Shown in pieces: positions 14,302-26,157 of a stretch of 64,000 nt of DNA. Numbering within the stretch: the stretch's first letter is position 1; every line of letters starts with the position of its first letter. Both the position numbers and the translations under genes were made by a program. The stretch is taken from NCBI RefSeq assembly GCF_964204645.1, contig NC_134035.1, positions 5,580,001 to 5,644,000 of the forward strand. Reading direction: 5' to 3'. Origin of the DNA: Tubulanus polymorphus. Lineage: Eukaryota; Animalia; Nemertea. Below the pieces are notes generated by a model. It made no database searches. It saw only the letters and a list, made by a program, of their open reading frames with translations, and was not told the DNA's origin.

Positions 14302-15101
14302 CAGCGAGAATGCACCGATAGTCCGCGCAGGCGCGGTCGATTGTGAAAACAAACTATCGGTGGTACTCGGTTAATCGTCGATCCCGACGAGGAAGACACG
14401 GCGGAGATTGTATTAAAATAACGCTAGATAATAGCGCAGCAATAACAGCGGCAGCGGCAGCGGTAGCCAGCTGCAGCTGTGTCAACCTGTGAACGCTTAA
14501 CCGGTTTCGTGTAAGAGATCGATCGTCGCTCTGATAGTTCTAAACCGGCATCCATCATCATCGCCTCTCTCTTTCTCTCTCTCAGAATTCCCTGATTTCA
14601 TAATTGGCGAAATAGATCCGTGTTCGAGTGGGTGTACGTCAAGCGTCACGTTAAGTTTAACGTCTTGAGAAAGAGACGGAGAGTGAAGGGGATAGAGTAA
14701 GAGGGGAGTTAAGAGCTATTTCTGCTCGTATAGTATGTCGACCTTTAAGCTTCTTTTTTTTCGCGCATCTTATACTTTCCCATCGGCACCAAATGAATTG
14801 AAATCTACTCTATGGCATGGCCCATTCGATGTAAAATCTACGATCCGAATTAACAGACGAAAATCGTCATTTTAAGCAACATCAGTCTGATCAAACCAGG
14901 CCCTTACCGAAATGGTCCACGTCAATTCGAACTTCAGCTTTTTACTCTTAAGTGCTTTAAAACAATGCAGTTTTAGAATGTACAGCTTTCATAACGGCGC
15001 TTTACATGAAAATATATCATTGTCATTTCAGCGACAATAAAATTTGCCTATTTCACAAATCACGATTTATAACGACGGTTTTCCCGTTTTCTCTTTGCCA
15101 G

Positions 15102-16543
15102 GTCCCGAAAATGCTTACTTCAACGAACCAAAACGCAACCGCGCCACCTACGTACGATTCGGAAGAGACGTCACCCACCAACAGCAGACGAACTCGGCAG
15201 CCGATAGTCAGGAGCAACACAAGACCGCGTGGTCGCAAAACGGCGAGGGATACCTCCGTTTCGGAAGGTCCGTCACGAGCGGCGCTCACCACGATCTCCA
15301 GAAGAGAGACGCCGAAAAACCGAATGACCAGATCCCGACTCCGGTCATCGACTCGGACGCTGAATCGGACGCCGTCAAGCGGTACATCCGCTTCGGTAAG
15401 CGATACATGAGATTCGGACGAAGCGGCCTCGACGACGAAAACGAACCGGACAAACGTTACATCAGATTCGGCAAAAAGGACTCAGATCAGCTGGAAAAAC
15501 GATACATCAGATTCGGTAAAAGGTTCGACGAGGGCGAAGAGGACTCCGATGACGATGATGATGAAAATATCGATGGCGACGATATCGAGAAACGGTACAC
15601 TCGTTTCGGTAAACGATACATGCGCTTCGGTAAACGAAACGACTTTTTAAGGTTCGGGGAACCGACCGAGAAGCGATACATCCGATTCGGCAAGAGAAAC
15701 GACTTCCTCAGATTCGGCAATCCGGCGGAAAAGCGATACATACGATTCGGCAAACGAAACGATTTCCTGCGATTCGGGGAGCCGGCCGAGAAAAGGTACA
15801 TGCGTTTCGGCAAGCGAAACGACTTTCTCAGATTCGGGGAACCGGCCGAAAAGCGGTACATACGATTCGGCCGCAGCGAAGGCAGTGACGACATCGACGA
15901 CGAGAAACGATACATGAGATTCGGCCGATCCGGCGACGGCGCCGACAAACGATACATTCGCTTCGGCAAAAGAAACGACTTCTTGCGATTCGGCAACGAA
16001 AAGCGATACATGCGCTTCGGTCGTAACGACGAGAGCGCCGCCGATAACAACACCGCCGCCTCGAAACGATACATACGCTTCGGCAAACGGGCCGCCGATG
16101 CCGCAGACGAGAAGAGCAAAGACAAAAACGACGTCGTCCCCGCCGAGAGTAAGATAGCCAAGAAGAGAAGCGTCCGATCGGTGAAAGAGGTGCCCGGTGC
16201 CGCCGACTCGAGCGAGGCCGACGAAGAGCTGGCCAGATTGGCGAGATACCTGAAGATGAACGAGAACGCTATGGGCGACACGATTGGTGGTTACATCCGA
16301 TTCGGCCGCGAAGAAGACGACAACGACGATTCCGACGATGAGAATGACGATTTCACGAACGCCGACAAGCGTTATATTCGATTCGGTAAGCGGTACATGC
16401 GTTTCGGGCGATCCAACAGCAACAACGATAACGACGACTTGAACGATTTCAATAAACATTTTGCCCGCGTCGCGAAAAACGTCGCCGGCTATACAAGGTT
16501 CGGCCGCGGAGGGTCGGGTACGGGGTACATCCGGTTCGGGTAA
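15102..16543 (+). CDS. FMRFamide-family (YIRFamide/YMRFamide) neuropeptide precursor, large terminal coding exon
   Basis: Open frame of ~480 codons with 26 x-x-R-F-G motifs, mostly flanked by KR/R sites and separated by acidic spacers. Polypyrimidine tract + AG acceptor (ttttcccgttttctctttgccag) ends at 15101, phase 1; stop TAA at 16541-16543. The TTG start at 15044 in the ORF track is probably intronic. Upstream signal-peptide exon not identified. Confidence 0.95.
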
Positions 16544-18792
16544 TCGGCTCCACGAACTCCGCTCCGTCGAACCGTAACCGAAAACGAAGTCTATAATACC
16601 CCTAAACCAAGCTCGTACGCATCGACTCGAAATTCCCACCGCCGCCGCCGCCGTCGTAGTCGTGTGGACATTCTGATGATTTATTTCGAAATGTTGGAAA
16701 ATGTTCTAAAAAATGTCGTTTTAATGAAGAAAAACAAAAGTGAATTTCAATGTGAACCACAGCATCAAAACGTAGCAAATAATATTAGTTGTTTTATTCT
16801 TGTGTGAAAGACTCGAGTATATATTGTTGTCTATGATGCTTGTAAAAAATATAAATGATATTTTATTAACATCGAGATTTTAGTATATGATTGATCCATA
16901 GAGTTTTTCTCCTCTAATCCGCAGAATTCGAGTTTTTGTCGTATTTCATGTTTGAATCGTTTTCATTATTTCACTCGCAAACTTATCACTATCACGAATG
17001 AATTAATTGATTTTCATATCGAAATTACATTACGTCATTTTGTGAGGATTCAATATGAATGTTCTTACAATATAGTGAAATTATAGAGTACAGGAGACCT
17101 ACAGAAGCCGAGTGATAATGATAATAATTTTTGTTTTTATCATTATTATTATCATCATCATTATTATCATTATTTATTTCCATTTAACTAAATTACGAGA
17201 CTCGGTTACTACAATTCAGAACAAAAATAGATGTTAAACGAGCGACCCAATGCAAGCCTTTCAGGGCTGTACTGACATATAGCTTACAAGGGACTGGACC
17301 CACGTGCAATATGTGTGAGAGATGCGACTTATGAAAGTCCGAGCCCCCGTACAGAGTCACATGAGTAACCACCCCCCCCCCCCCCCACCCCAAAAAAACA
17401 CCCACGCAATAACCATAACCAGCAGACGCATCGATGTAATTCTAATACGTCGAATATGACCAATCAATCATTTAGTTTGAAACATTATTGAATACATTAG
17501 ACCGCATTATTAGGGATAGTTGAACAAGGTGTCGCGGGAAAAGTCTAATAGGGAAGTTTCCAGTTTCCAGGCACTATTTTAGGTCCCGCATTGTCGGACA
17601 GATTTTAACAACTTTCACAATAAAAAACTCATATATGAAAAATATTGATGCTTTATAAAGCTAAAAGTTAAATCTTCAGTTCCTTGTATTCGCAACATGA
17701 AGATGTTAGCATCAGTTTTTAGACATAAAAAGTCGGATCTATTGGCTACAGAGCATTACTTATGAATACACAATTCAAGCAAAACAATCTCCTCCGCCGA
17801 TCGGCTGTCGGATCCACTGTCTAGCTAACACTGTCCACAGTCTAGCTATCTCACTCGTTTGACAATAATAGAACGTTCTTTTTTGTTGGTGGTATTGCTA
17901 ACAGCTGAAACGGAGGACTTTCTCACACAGTACCGGGACAGCCGACAACACCTGCTCAAACGCTGTTGTTTATCGACGAAGGCGCGCGTGGCCGGCGATA
18001 TACCGATGAATAAAAATCGGGCGAAAGCGACGAAAAATTGACGCCGTTTCGTGGAATATACCATCTACAAACCGACGCGGAGACTGGATAGTTTTCTATA
18101 CACAGTAGAAAAACTGACTTCGGTTTTCGTGTGGTTATCGCATCTGTGGCTTTCGCCGATTGGTCGCGGTTTCTTTCGGCTCGACACCGAAAACGATTTG
18201 GCGAAAAAATAGGAAATCATCAAAAGAAACGCGAAAGCCAAGCGTGCGTTGATGCCCGAATGTTCGAAACATTTAACAACACTACGATTGAGGACAAGAT
18301 GAGAAAAATATCGCGATAAAAATTCAAAGGAGTTTTAATTTTTACCAACTGTAACTTCTGCCTTTAGGAAGTAAAGTGGTGAACCATCAGGATCCAGTTC
18401 CACAGTTGTGAGTTAAGATTTTGACTCGGAGTTAACTCATTGAAAATTGAACTGATTTCAACTCCGAGTCAACTACAACTCACAAACTGTCAAACATGAT
18501 GCTGGAAGATCTCGAATTCACAGTTTTCTAATATACTTAATGCCTCACGATAAAAGAAAATTGACAAAAAATAGAAGAGTTTATTGCCGCAACAACGATT
18601 AATCTACTTCTTAACGGCCGTCAGCATCAGGAAAGTAAGGATAAAGGAGATTCGTCAAAATCTTATTGATCACGATATCGATTACTCAATAAACTTCAGA
18701 TCAGTCAAGAAGATACACAATATCCCTGTGTAAGATGGGTAGGAGAGAAATCCCGCAATAATCTCAGCCAAAGATGTATAGTAAGTCAGTAC

Positions 18793-18826
18793 GCCTGATG
18801 GTGGCTGATAGTAGCCGAAACGTTGC
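18793..18826 (+). ncRNA. Degenerate minimal hammerhead motif, second family
   Basis: GC-CTGATGG-T-GGCT(gatagt)AGCC-GAAA-CG-TT-GC; A9 position is G; flanked by short inverted arms (cagccaaagatg / catctttggttg). Confidence 0.45.
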
Positions 18827-18939
18827 TCAAATATTTAGAAACTTTTACATAAGAAATGTGCATCTTTGGTTGCATTAATTCTCTCGCACTGCGGTATCAG
18901 AGGCTTAGCTGACCTGGCCTCAAGGTTTAAATGTGACTG

Positions 18940-19290
18940 ACCGACAAGAAACGAGCAGTTGAAACTTCGCCTTCGCGTCAAATTAGATCGGGATCGGACA
19001 ATATGTTTATCATGCCGAACTATAGACTTAGCATCTTTGGCAGACGATCTTTCACATATCTTGTTCCCACTCTTCGAAATGCTCTACCCAAAAAAATAAG
19101 TCACGAACCCGATTTTGAAAAATTCAGAAGACTCCTAAAACTGTTTACTGGATTACTTTAAAGCGCATTTGAACATCGAAACTGTGACATTGGCGTTAAA
19201 TAGATATCATTTCATAATCTGTGTCATCAAATTGGTGCTAACTTCGGAGCACCGCAAGGTTCTGTCTTCGGACCGATATTATATCTATAG
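18940..19290 (+). mobile_element. Decayed non-LTR retrotransposon (CR1/L2-like) fragments
   Basis: Translates to SFGRRSFTYLVPTLRNALP (typical ORF2 C-terminus) and FGAPQGSVFGPILY (RT GVPQGSVLGP motif). Confidence 0.6.
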
Positions 19291-20099
19291 AAATAAATCA
19301 TTGCATTAGCGCACATCTCCGATGTCCCTATAGTTTTCGATCCTCGCGAAAAGCTTACAAAATCACAAACTAGTTTAAGATATCGTGATTACAGAATAAG
19401 CGAACTTTGAAGACAGAGCCAATGAACTGCATTCACATTTCAAAAACTTACAATTTCTTTTCTTATAGAGGATGATATAGTCATGTTTCAATGAACTATA
19501 ACGGATAGAAACAATTATCAGGCTTTCAGATATAAGACTATAAAAAGAGCTATGAGAGTTATAACTAAAAGGTAACACGAGCCATTTTCTAGTAGAGTGA
19601 CATTAATGCACTAGAATTTGACTCAAATGTATACTAATCAAATCCAACTCTCAGTTGAACTTACATCGAAACCTTAGAGCTGGATCCAAATAGATAATTG
19701 CATTTTTTTATTCTTTCATTTGCTGAAAAGCTCTTAAGTTGCATTTCGCTATCAATAGAAACATCGAATGTCATTCGACAAACAGTTTCTTTGTTTTGTT
19801 GCTATGGAAATAAAATCTATTTTTGCCGTGAAAAGTGGCTCTTGGAATCGCTAATTAACTATTTTGATATCAACCATGAAATTTTCTTTCATGGCAAGAC
19901 TTATGATTATCATCAGGAGAAAACGTCGTCATGCAGACTATACAGTCAAACTAGCTTTTTAGTGCGGATCTATGTACGGATAACAGATAATCCCTAATTC
20001 TACGGATTAATCATAATTCGTATCAACGATGATTTAACCCGTGCTTAACCCGTATACAATAGTCGGTTTAAAGATGTTTAAGTTACCTACTCAAAAATC

Positions 20100-20206
20100 A
20101 GGACCCAGTTCCACAGTTGCGAGTTACATCGGTTAACTCTGAGTTAAAGTTGAGTTCATTTTCAATGAGTTAATAAATCTTAAATCGAAACTGTTGAACT
20201 GGACCG
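20100..20206. mobile_element. Abundant ~100-bp palindromic MITE (ggacccagttccacagtt..gagttaa...ttaactc..actgtggaactgg)
   Basis: Further copies at ~18389-18500, 44984-45248 (nested), 56122-56428 and 57495-57597; related gggttaactcaattgaaaatg arrays at 35300-35705. Confidence 0.75.
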
Positions 20207-21152
20207 ATGTGGCTACAATAAGGACACGTGTCGAAAATACGAAAAAGATACCATTTTTGTAATGAGCTCGAGACTATGACATGAGACGGAGTCTCACATT
20301 GACCACGCATTAACCTCGATTACAATTGTCTTATATTCATTTTTCAATACAGTCGACATGTTCCTGACAGCTGATACGGATTACACGATAGGTTTTACAT
20401 TTTCGAAATCGGACAACGGGATCGCGTATTTGTCTAAGGGAATAAACAAAAATACGGATAACGTAATACGAATTAGGGACTGAATTTTCGAAAGGGAATA
20501 TGAGTGAAATGAACGAATTTATTTTGCATTTCAAATAAATGTTGGTTTATAAAAGTTTATAAAGAATTTGTTACGGAATATTCACTATTATTAGATCTCG
20601 GGAAGGGAATAACTCCCCCCCCCCCAAAAAAAAAGAAATCATCGGTTCCAGCGAAAGTTACCGTCAATATACATCGTTCATATCATATATCATATATCAT
20701 GTATCATATATCATATATCATATGCCAAATACCATATACCATATATCATATACCAAATACCATATACCATATATCTATTTCCAGAATAATTTACATCAAT
20801 ATACAAAGAATCACAATAATGATTATAGTAATAAGAACGATTCGTTCGCACGGTCGTTGTATATAAAACTATATCGTCGAATACAATTCAAATACTCAAT
20901 CATAACAGATTCCAATTAGGCTGTTTAAGCGAGCGCAATTCTGCGATATAGGAATAGGTTTTGGATCGGTCGGTAGTCATAGTGAACGTGAAAGCATTGA
21001 TTATTAATACAGTACAATACGCGTGTCTGTTGGTTCTCTCTGTCTCCATCTCCCTGTCGCTATACGGGATGGTGGTGATGGTGGTGGCTGCAGCTGAACG
21101 CGTATCAAACTGTTGCGTTTCCACAGTATTATTTCATTGAAAGAGAAAGATC

Positions 21153-21198
21153 ATGATTCTCTGCGTTGTTCAACTCCTCGTCGGGGCCATGTTTCCAG
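21153..21198 (+). CDS. Ly6/uPAR (three-finger) protein A, exon 1 (signal peptide MILCVVQLLVGAMFP)
   Basis: ATG, 15 hydrophobic codons + 1 nt, donor gtttgt; parallels exon 1 of paralogue B (ends P-G, phase 1). Confidence 0.8.
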
Positions 21199-21253
21199 GT
21201 TTGTACCATAATATTGCAATCTTTCTTCACGATATTCCGTAGTTACACGTTTG

Positions 21254-21466
21254 GGTAAAAGTGCAGATCCGCACCTCTCGTGATTGACGCAATCTGCTGA
21301 ATGCCAGAATCCTGGCTAAAATCTTTCTACTCTCTAGTGAAGATATCTTAAAATTAACCAATGGCAATGTACTGAATTGCTGATGACATTTTGAATCTGA
21401 AACAATGATATTTAACGTAATTGATTGAACCGTTTACGCGGAGAGGTGCGGATCTGCACTTTTACC
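21254..21466. mobile_element. Merlin-like MITE in intron 1 of Ly6 gene A
   Basis: Perfect TIR GGTAAAAGTGCAGATCCGCACCTCTC, 8-bp TSD CACGTTTG (21246-21253, 21467-21474); GG termini plus an 8-bp TSD fit Merlin. Confidence 0.75.
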
Positions 21467-21849
21467 CACGTTTGTTCCGAGTATATCAGATGTATATGTT
21501 TATAGAAAAAGTCGAAATGACACTAACTAGCGATATTAACATGCAGGGCCGTACCTTTTGAATTTTTTTTTGGTGGGGTAGAGAAACCCAAAAATGCGGT
21601 TCTATAGGATATAACAATGATATTTGCAAAAGGACACTTTTCCAAACTGCCCCCTTGCCCCCTGCTAATTGTTAATACGTCAGGTCGGGGACTGCAACCT
21701 TAAGGGCGACGGGTAATCATGAATAAAATGTCGCCAAGATATTTGGAGAACCAGTAACGGAAGTGAAAAAAAGAAAATAGAAGATGCCTTGTTATCATAT
21801 ACATTACGAGATAATGTCCGGTGAAACGACTTAAACACATGTTTTATAG

Positions 21850-22004
21850 GTATTTGCGAGTGTCTTAATTGTATCACGTGCGACTCGGGTGTGGCGTCGA
21901 ATCGTTTCAGCTCTAAATGCGTCACGGAGAACGATATTAAAAACCACGTTCCAAATTTAACGGCAACCTGCAACAACAACCCGACGATTACGCCATTATG
22001 CTAC
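21850..22004 (+). CDS. Ly6/uPAR protein A, exon 2 (GICECLNCITCDSGVASNRFSSKCVTENDIKNHVPNLTATCNNNPTITPLCY)
   Basis: AG/GT bounded 155-nt exon, same length and phase as paralogue B exon 2; LxCxxC N-terminal LU motif. Confidence 0.9.
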
Positions 22005-22695
22005 GTACGTATATGCAACGACAGAAATAAACAACTTGCTCTTTAAATAATTGTTGATGACGGGTGTGATTGGTTGAGAAACGTCGACACTTCATACCCA
22101 AAACAAACCCGATTATTTCAGCTAATAATATGGATGATTGCATCTCTTTATTTCTCCTGGCTTGAATAGTTTAATATGTCCCTTATACAGAACCCACCAG
22201 TCACGCCTGCCGCGAACGAATAAGACGGTTCGATTTCGAAATCGGAAATTCAAGTACAGATATACTTGGATGGTCCCTGTCAAAATAGCAGAATTTCTCG
22301 TTTAAATCGAAGTATACACAATGGGGTAGTCATCACATAGATATGAGAGCGACGTTCCCAATGATCGTACGGTGTAGTTTTACTGAAAATTGATTTAACT
22401 AATAAGAAAAGTTGATTCGAATTCAATCGAAATGTAGAAGAAATTGAAGCGCGGTAACCGCGTAACCACTGGCGAACCTGGCGGATCCTCGCCTGCCATA
22501 CGTGGAATCCTCGATTGCCACAGTGGCGGTGCGGGTACCCGATTGGAAATTTTGGTTCCGGCAGGAGTAAACAATCTCCTATCCGGTCTGAAAGGCGAAG
22601 CGATTGTGATTGGTGCGAAAACATCAATGTCGAAGATCACTAGAATATAGCTACCGTTTGACTTATAGATCACAATATCCGTGATGAGACAATAC

Positions 22696-22990
22696 GAGTA
22701 AAAAATCCCACAAAAGATAAATTACTGACTAGAAAAGTTTATTCAAAATACTAGAAATATTTCGGGTGGTCGATAACATTACATTTCTGTATTAATACAC
22801 TGCACATTTATTTGAAGAGTTTGACATATCGTGACGTTTTCTCGACAATTTTTCCTCGCGAATTCGTAAAATGAAACATCTGTACGAAAAAAAATATTTT
22901 ACACCGAAAAACGGTGTTAAGTAACCACCCGAAATATTCCTATATATTCGAATAAACTTTTAAGTCGACTTACGATTGTGGGATTTCTAC
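22696..22990. mobile_element. Inverted-repeat element in intron 2 of Ly6 gene A (same family as 29-247)
   Basis: atcccacaa..aaaagtttattc..gaaatatttcgggtggt / accacccgaaatatt..gaataaactttt..ttgtgggat. Confidence 0.5.
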
Positions 22991-23024
22991 GATTGTGGGA
23001 TTATTATCAACTTATTTCGTTTAG

Positions 23025-23135
23025 TTCGGATTCTACAAAGACGAAAATAGAAAACAGCAAGCTATACGTGGCTGCGAGATCAGCGGAAAGTGCACCTCAT
23101 CCTGTAAACTACCGATGAAGGACAACAACATGATC
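23025..23135 (+). CDS. Ly6/uPAR protein A, exon 3 (FGFYKDENRKQQAIRGCEISGKCTSSCKLPMKDNNMI)
   Basis: Acceptor ttatttcgtttag, phase 0, conserved IRGC motif; donor gtaacg (3' boundary slightly less certain). Confidence 0.85.
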
Positions 23136-23330
23136 GTAACGTATTCCATTTTTCATTCTACTCATTTTTGCCGTATGGCTGATTGTACGGAAGCGATACG
23201 GAAAAACTCAAATAAAAAAAAAATGACTTTATTGATCCTTAAATATTATATTATGTTGGGCGACAATATATAGAAATGAGTTACGGCTTCAATAGATTCT
23301 CAAAGTTATTTTTCTCGTTTATATGCATAG

Positions 23331-23444
23331 GTACGATGCTGTAAAGGAGACAACTGTAACACGATGACTGCCACAGCGTTCGTCAACCGTCCACGATTAC
23401 AGACAGTCGTTCTTCTGACATCTATCGCATTCGTATTATCATAA
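23331..23444 (+). CDS. Ly6/uPAR protein A, exon 4 (VRCCKGDNCNTMTATAFVNRPRLQTVVLLTSIAFVLS*)
   Basis: Canonical CCxxDxCN motif followed by small residues and a hydrophobic C-terminus (GPI-signal-like). The joined model gives 141 aa. Confidence 0.9.
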   Translation, partial: VRCCKGDNCNTMTATAFVNRPRLQTVVLLTSIAFVLS

Positions 23445-23859
23445 CGAGCCTCACCAGCTGAAAATAATTCCTATAAAACCCGCGCATCTAGTAGTACTCA
23501 AGTATTGGTCATTGTTAACTGTGTCAAATAACGAAAATGAACTGACGAATGAAAATAGTTGTATATATGCTTTGTCCGGGAAGTGATGCTTTTTCAACCC
23601 GTCAACTAAAAATCATTCCATAAAAACCTGCGCATCTAGTACTTAAAGTATGGTCAATGTTAACTGTGTCAAAAAATAAACTGACGAATTAAAATAGTTG
23701 TATATATATATATTCTTTGTTGGAGAAGTAATGCTTTTACACCTACAACCAAAAAATGCTTCCTCAAAGACCAACGCTAGCTAGTAGCTATCTAGTAGTA
23801 CCGGCTTACGTTAAATGTGTAAACTATGTATTTATTCAACTAACAAAATAAACTAACTA

Positions 23860-24245
23860 ATAAATAATATGTTGTTTTCTTTTGTTGGAGAAATAATGCC
23901 TTTCCAAGTACCCGAGAAACGAATCTTGTCTATGCCATTGGCAAATGTGGCAAATTCTTGCATTTCTGGAGGAATTTGTCCATCGACCTGTTTCTACTGG
24001 GAATGTATGATTGGTGGTACGTAATTTAGATAAATTATTTATCCGACTATCAGACAATCCAAAGACATATAAATCTTCAAGCTTGATATTGTCTTTAAAA
24101 GTAGCATAATATTAACCCTTAAAGGAATCTCTCAAGGCAGCTCTCCAGTTTTTTCATATATTACGTATTGGTCACTGAGGCGCTATTCGACAAAAGCCAA
24201 TTTGCATTGGAAAAGATTGTCTATCCCAAACATTGTTAAGGCCAA
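23860..24245 (-). mobile_element. Decayed LINE ORF2 C-terminal fragment
   Basis: LSKLRTTNHTFPVETGRWTNSSRNARICHIC matches the LRxxxHxLxIETGR..RxCxxC motif of non-LTR ORF2 ends. Confidence 0.7.
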
Positions 24246-24717
24246 CTAAATACTATTTAAGATTTAAGACCAGTCTTGGACTCAAGTAAATGACTATGCT
24301 ACGGGACTCTGGGCATTAGGAAAAGAAACCTGAACAGCCTCGCAAACATAAGACCACTTCGTAGATATTTTAGTAGTTTACATTGTAGTTTAGATAAAGG
24401 GGAATTAATTATGACCGGTGCAATAAATTGCCACAGCTATTATACAGCCCATCAGTCAGTAATATACGTGGTCACGTTCCCGGTGTATACATGCATTGAC
24501 TCGTAGCGGGGATTCGTAAGTTTTATCGAAATTATTTTGTCAACAGCCGATCGAAGACAGCAGCTAAAGAGCAATGATTACATAAATGTCGAGTGTGAAT
24601 TACATACACGGAGGTTTATAGACTGGATTTTTGTGGTAGTCATAGCATTTATCAAGGTATCGATCTGCGATAGAACAGTCTAACACGATACTCGGCCGCC
24701 GCAGTCGATCGACGACG

Positions 24718-24760
24718 ATGGCATTTCTAATTCATTTACTCATTTTAGCCGTATATCCAG
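24718..24760 (+). CDS. Ly6/uPAR (three-finger) protein B, exon 1 (signal peptide MAFLIHLLILAVYP)
   Basis: ATG in gacgATGg context, 14 hydrophobic codons + 1 nt, strong donor CAG|gtaagc. Confidence 0.85.
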
Positions 24761-25491
24761 GTAAGCACAATTCTCGATGTTTTTACTGATAATAATATCG
24801 AACGAGTCGCTATCGAATGCATTGCAATACACAGTGAAATGCCTAAAGAACTTCGGCCGTGAATTTCTTTCAATAGTCCATGCTATACATGACATGATTT
24901 CACGACATCGTTTTTCTGCATAATAAAGCTGGACCTCCAATTTGCCCACTGAATTCGCAACTGCTTTTACTCGATATTCAAAACATGCTATGCGGAAATT
25001 GTTTCAATTTTCAACATTTTGTGCGAGTACAAGTCTAAATCATTTTCACACATAACACCGAATTTGCCTTTGATTCCTTTTACTTGATCGGCCAATGAAA
25101 TGCTTTTATCAATCATATCAGGTTCAAACATACAGAAATCTAATCGTGGGGCAATCAAATCAAAGGTTGGTTAAAGTTAACCAGTTATCCATTGTAAATA
25201 AAGTTATAATTGCCACAGTCAACTATCCACTGATGGTTAGCATTTGAGCAACCGACCCCCCGGAGCAACGCTTCTCTAAAATTTCAGCACCAGATTCGAT
25301 AAGATTCAAAATATCAAATCACCGAAGTTCATACCTCGATAACTTCACCATTAATAATACACCATTAACCCATGTTGTGAAAATAAAATTACGATAATCA
25401 CAAAAATGATAATAAAAGAGAAAGATAAAAGAGAAGCAATGATTATGAAAGACAAGTCCGAAAATATTTTTTTCAGTGAGAGTCAGTAGTT

Positions 25492-25535
25492 TATTCGACG
25501 TTTCGACTGTATTCTAATCGCCATCTTCAGGAATA
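25492..25535 (-). ncRNA. Minimal type I hammerhead ribozyme motif (Penelope-type)
   Basis: Minus strand reads TATTC-CTGAAGA-T-GGC..GTC-GAAA-CG-TC-GAATA: intact CUGAnGA/GAAA/UH core, helix I TATTC/GAATA, palindromic ACGT in place of helix III. Lies between inverted arms (~25436-25474 and ~25552-25591). Confidence 0.7.
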
Positions 25536-25684
25536 CTGAGTTATTGCTCTAGGAAAAAATATTTTCGAACTTTGTCTTTCATAATCATTGCGGGATTCTC
25601 GTTATTTTTTAGCTCGATGATTTGTTTTAAGGCCGTTCGTCCGTCAGTCCTCGGTACTATCCGCGTGAAACGTTTTGTTTTCAG

Positions 25685-25839
25685 GTTCGAGTCGTGGTCT
25701 GAACTGCATCACTTGCGATTCGGGTAAACCCGCGCAAAGCCTCAGCGATAAATGCGTCCAACAAGTCGACATAATCAACCATTTGGCGAATCTTTCGAAG
25801 GAATGTAACGCGAATCCGACGTTGACGCCGATATGCTAC
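25685..25839 (+). CDS. Ly6/uPAR protein B, exon 2 (GSSRGLNCITCDSGKPAQSLSDKCVQQVDIINHLANLSKECNANPTLTPICY)
   Basis: Acceptor ttttgttttcag, donor gtaagt, 155 nt; LNCITCDSG is identical to paralogue A. Confidence 0.92.
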
Positions 25840-26157
25840 GTAAGTAAATGATTTTAACCCGCTTATTACTACTATACGGAAATGTTCGCGAAGGGAGTTC
25901 GAAGTAACGGTGACCGTGGCGATAAAAAAGATTCTATTCTATTCTATCAAGCGACCTTAATTAATTATTCAACGCTGTATGTACAAGCTTTGAAAGAAAG
26001 TGTTTTATAGAATCGATACTGAGGGAAAATCCCATTTTGTTAACACCACTAGTTCTGTACTTATACTGTATACTTACTAAATATGGTCAACTGTTGTACC
26101 AATGGCTGGCTGGTTAAGAATTATGTATTTATGTGCATGGTGACTAAGGGACCTAAA

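Noticed and set aside
15044-15101. N-terminus of the 499-aa ORF as the true start
   Set aside because: TTG start, no signal peptide, and it spans a polypyrimidine tract plus AG acceptor; probably intron.
15487-16639. 264-aa and 330-aa minus-strand ORFs
   Set aside because: Antisense shadows of the repetitive, GC-rich RFamide exon; no independent protein features.
22470-22525. HDV-like ribozyme suggested by a TCCTCGC loop
   Set aside because: I could not build the required P1/P2/P3 nested double pseudoknot by eye.
23110-23145. Hammerhead-like CCGATGAAGGAC...CGTAACGT
   Set aside because: Falls in coding exon 3 of Ly6 gene A; core and helix II are not satisfied.
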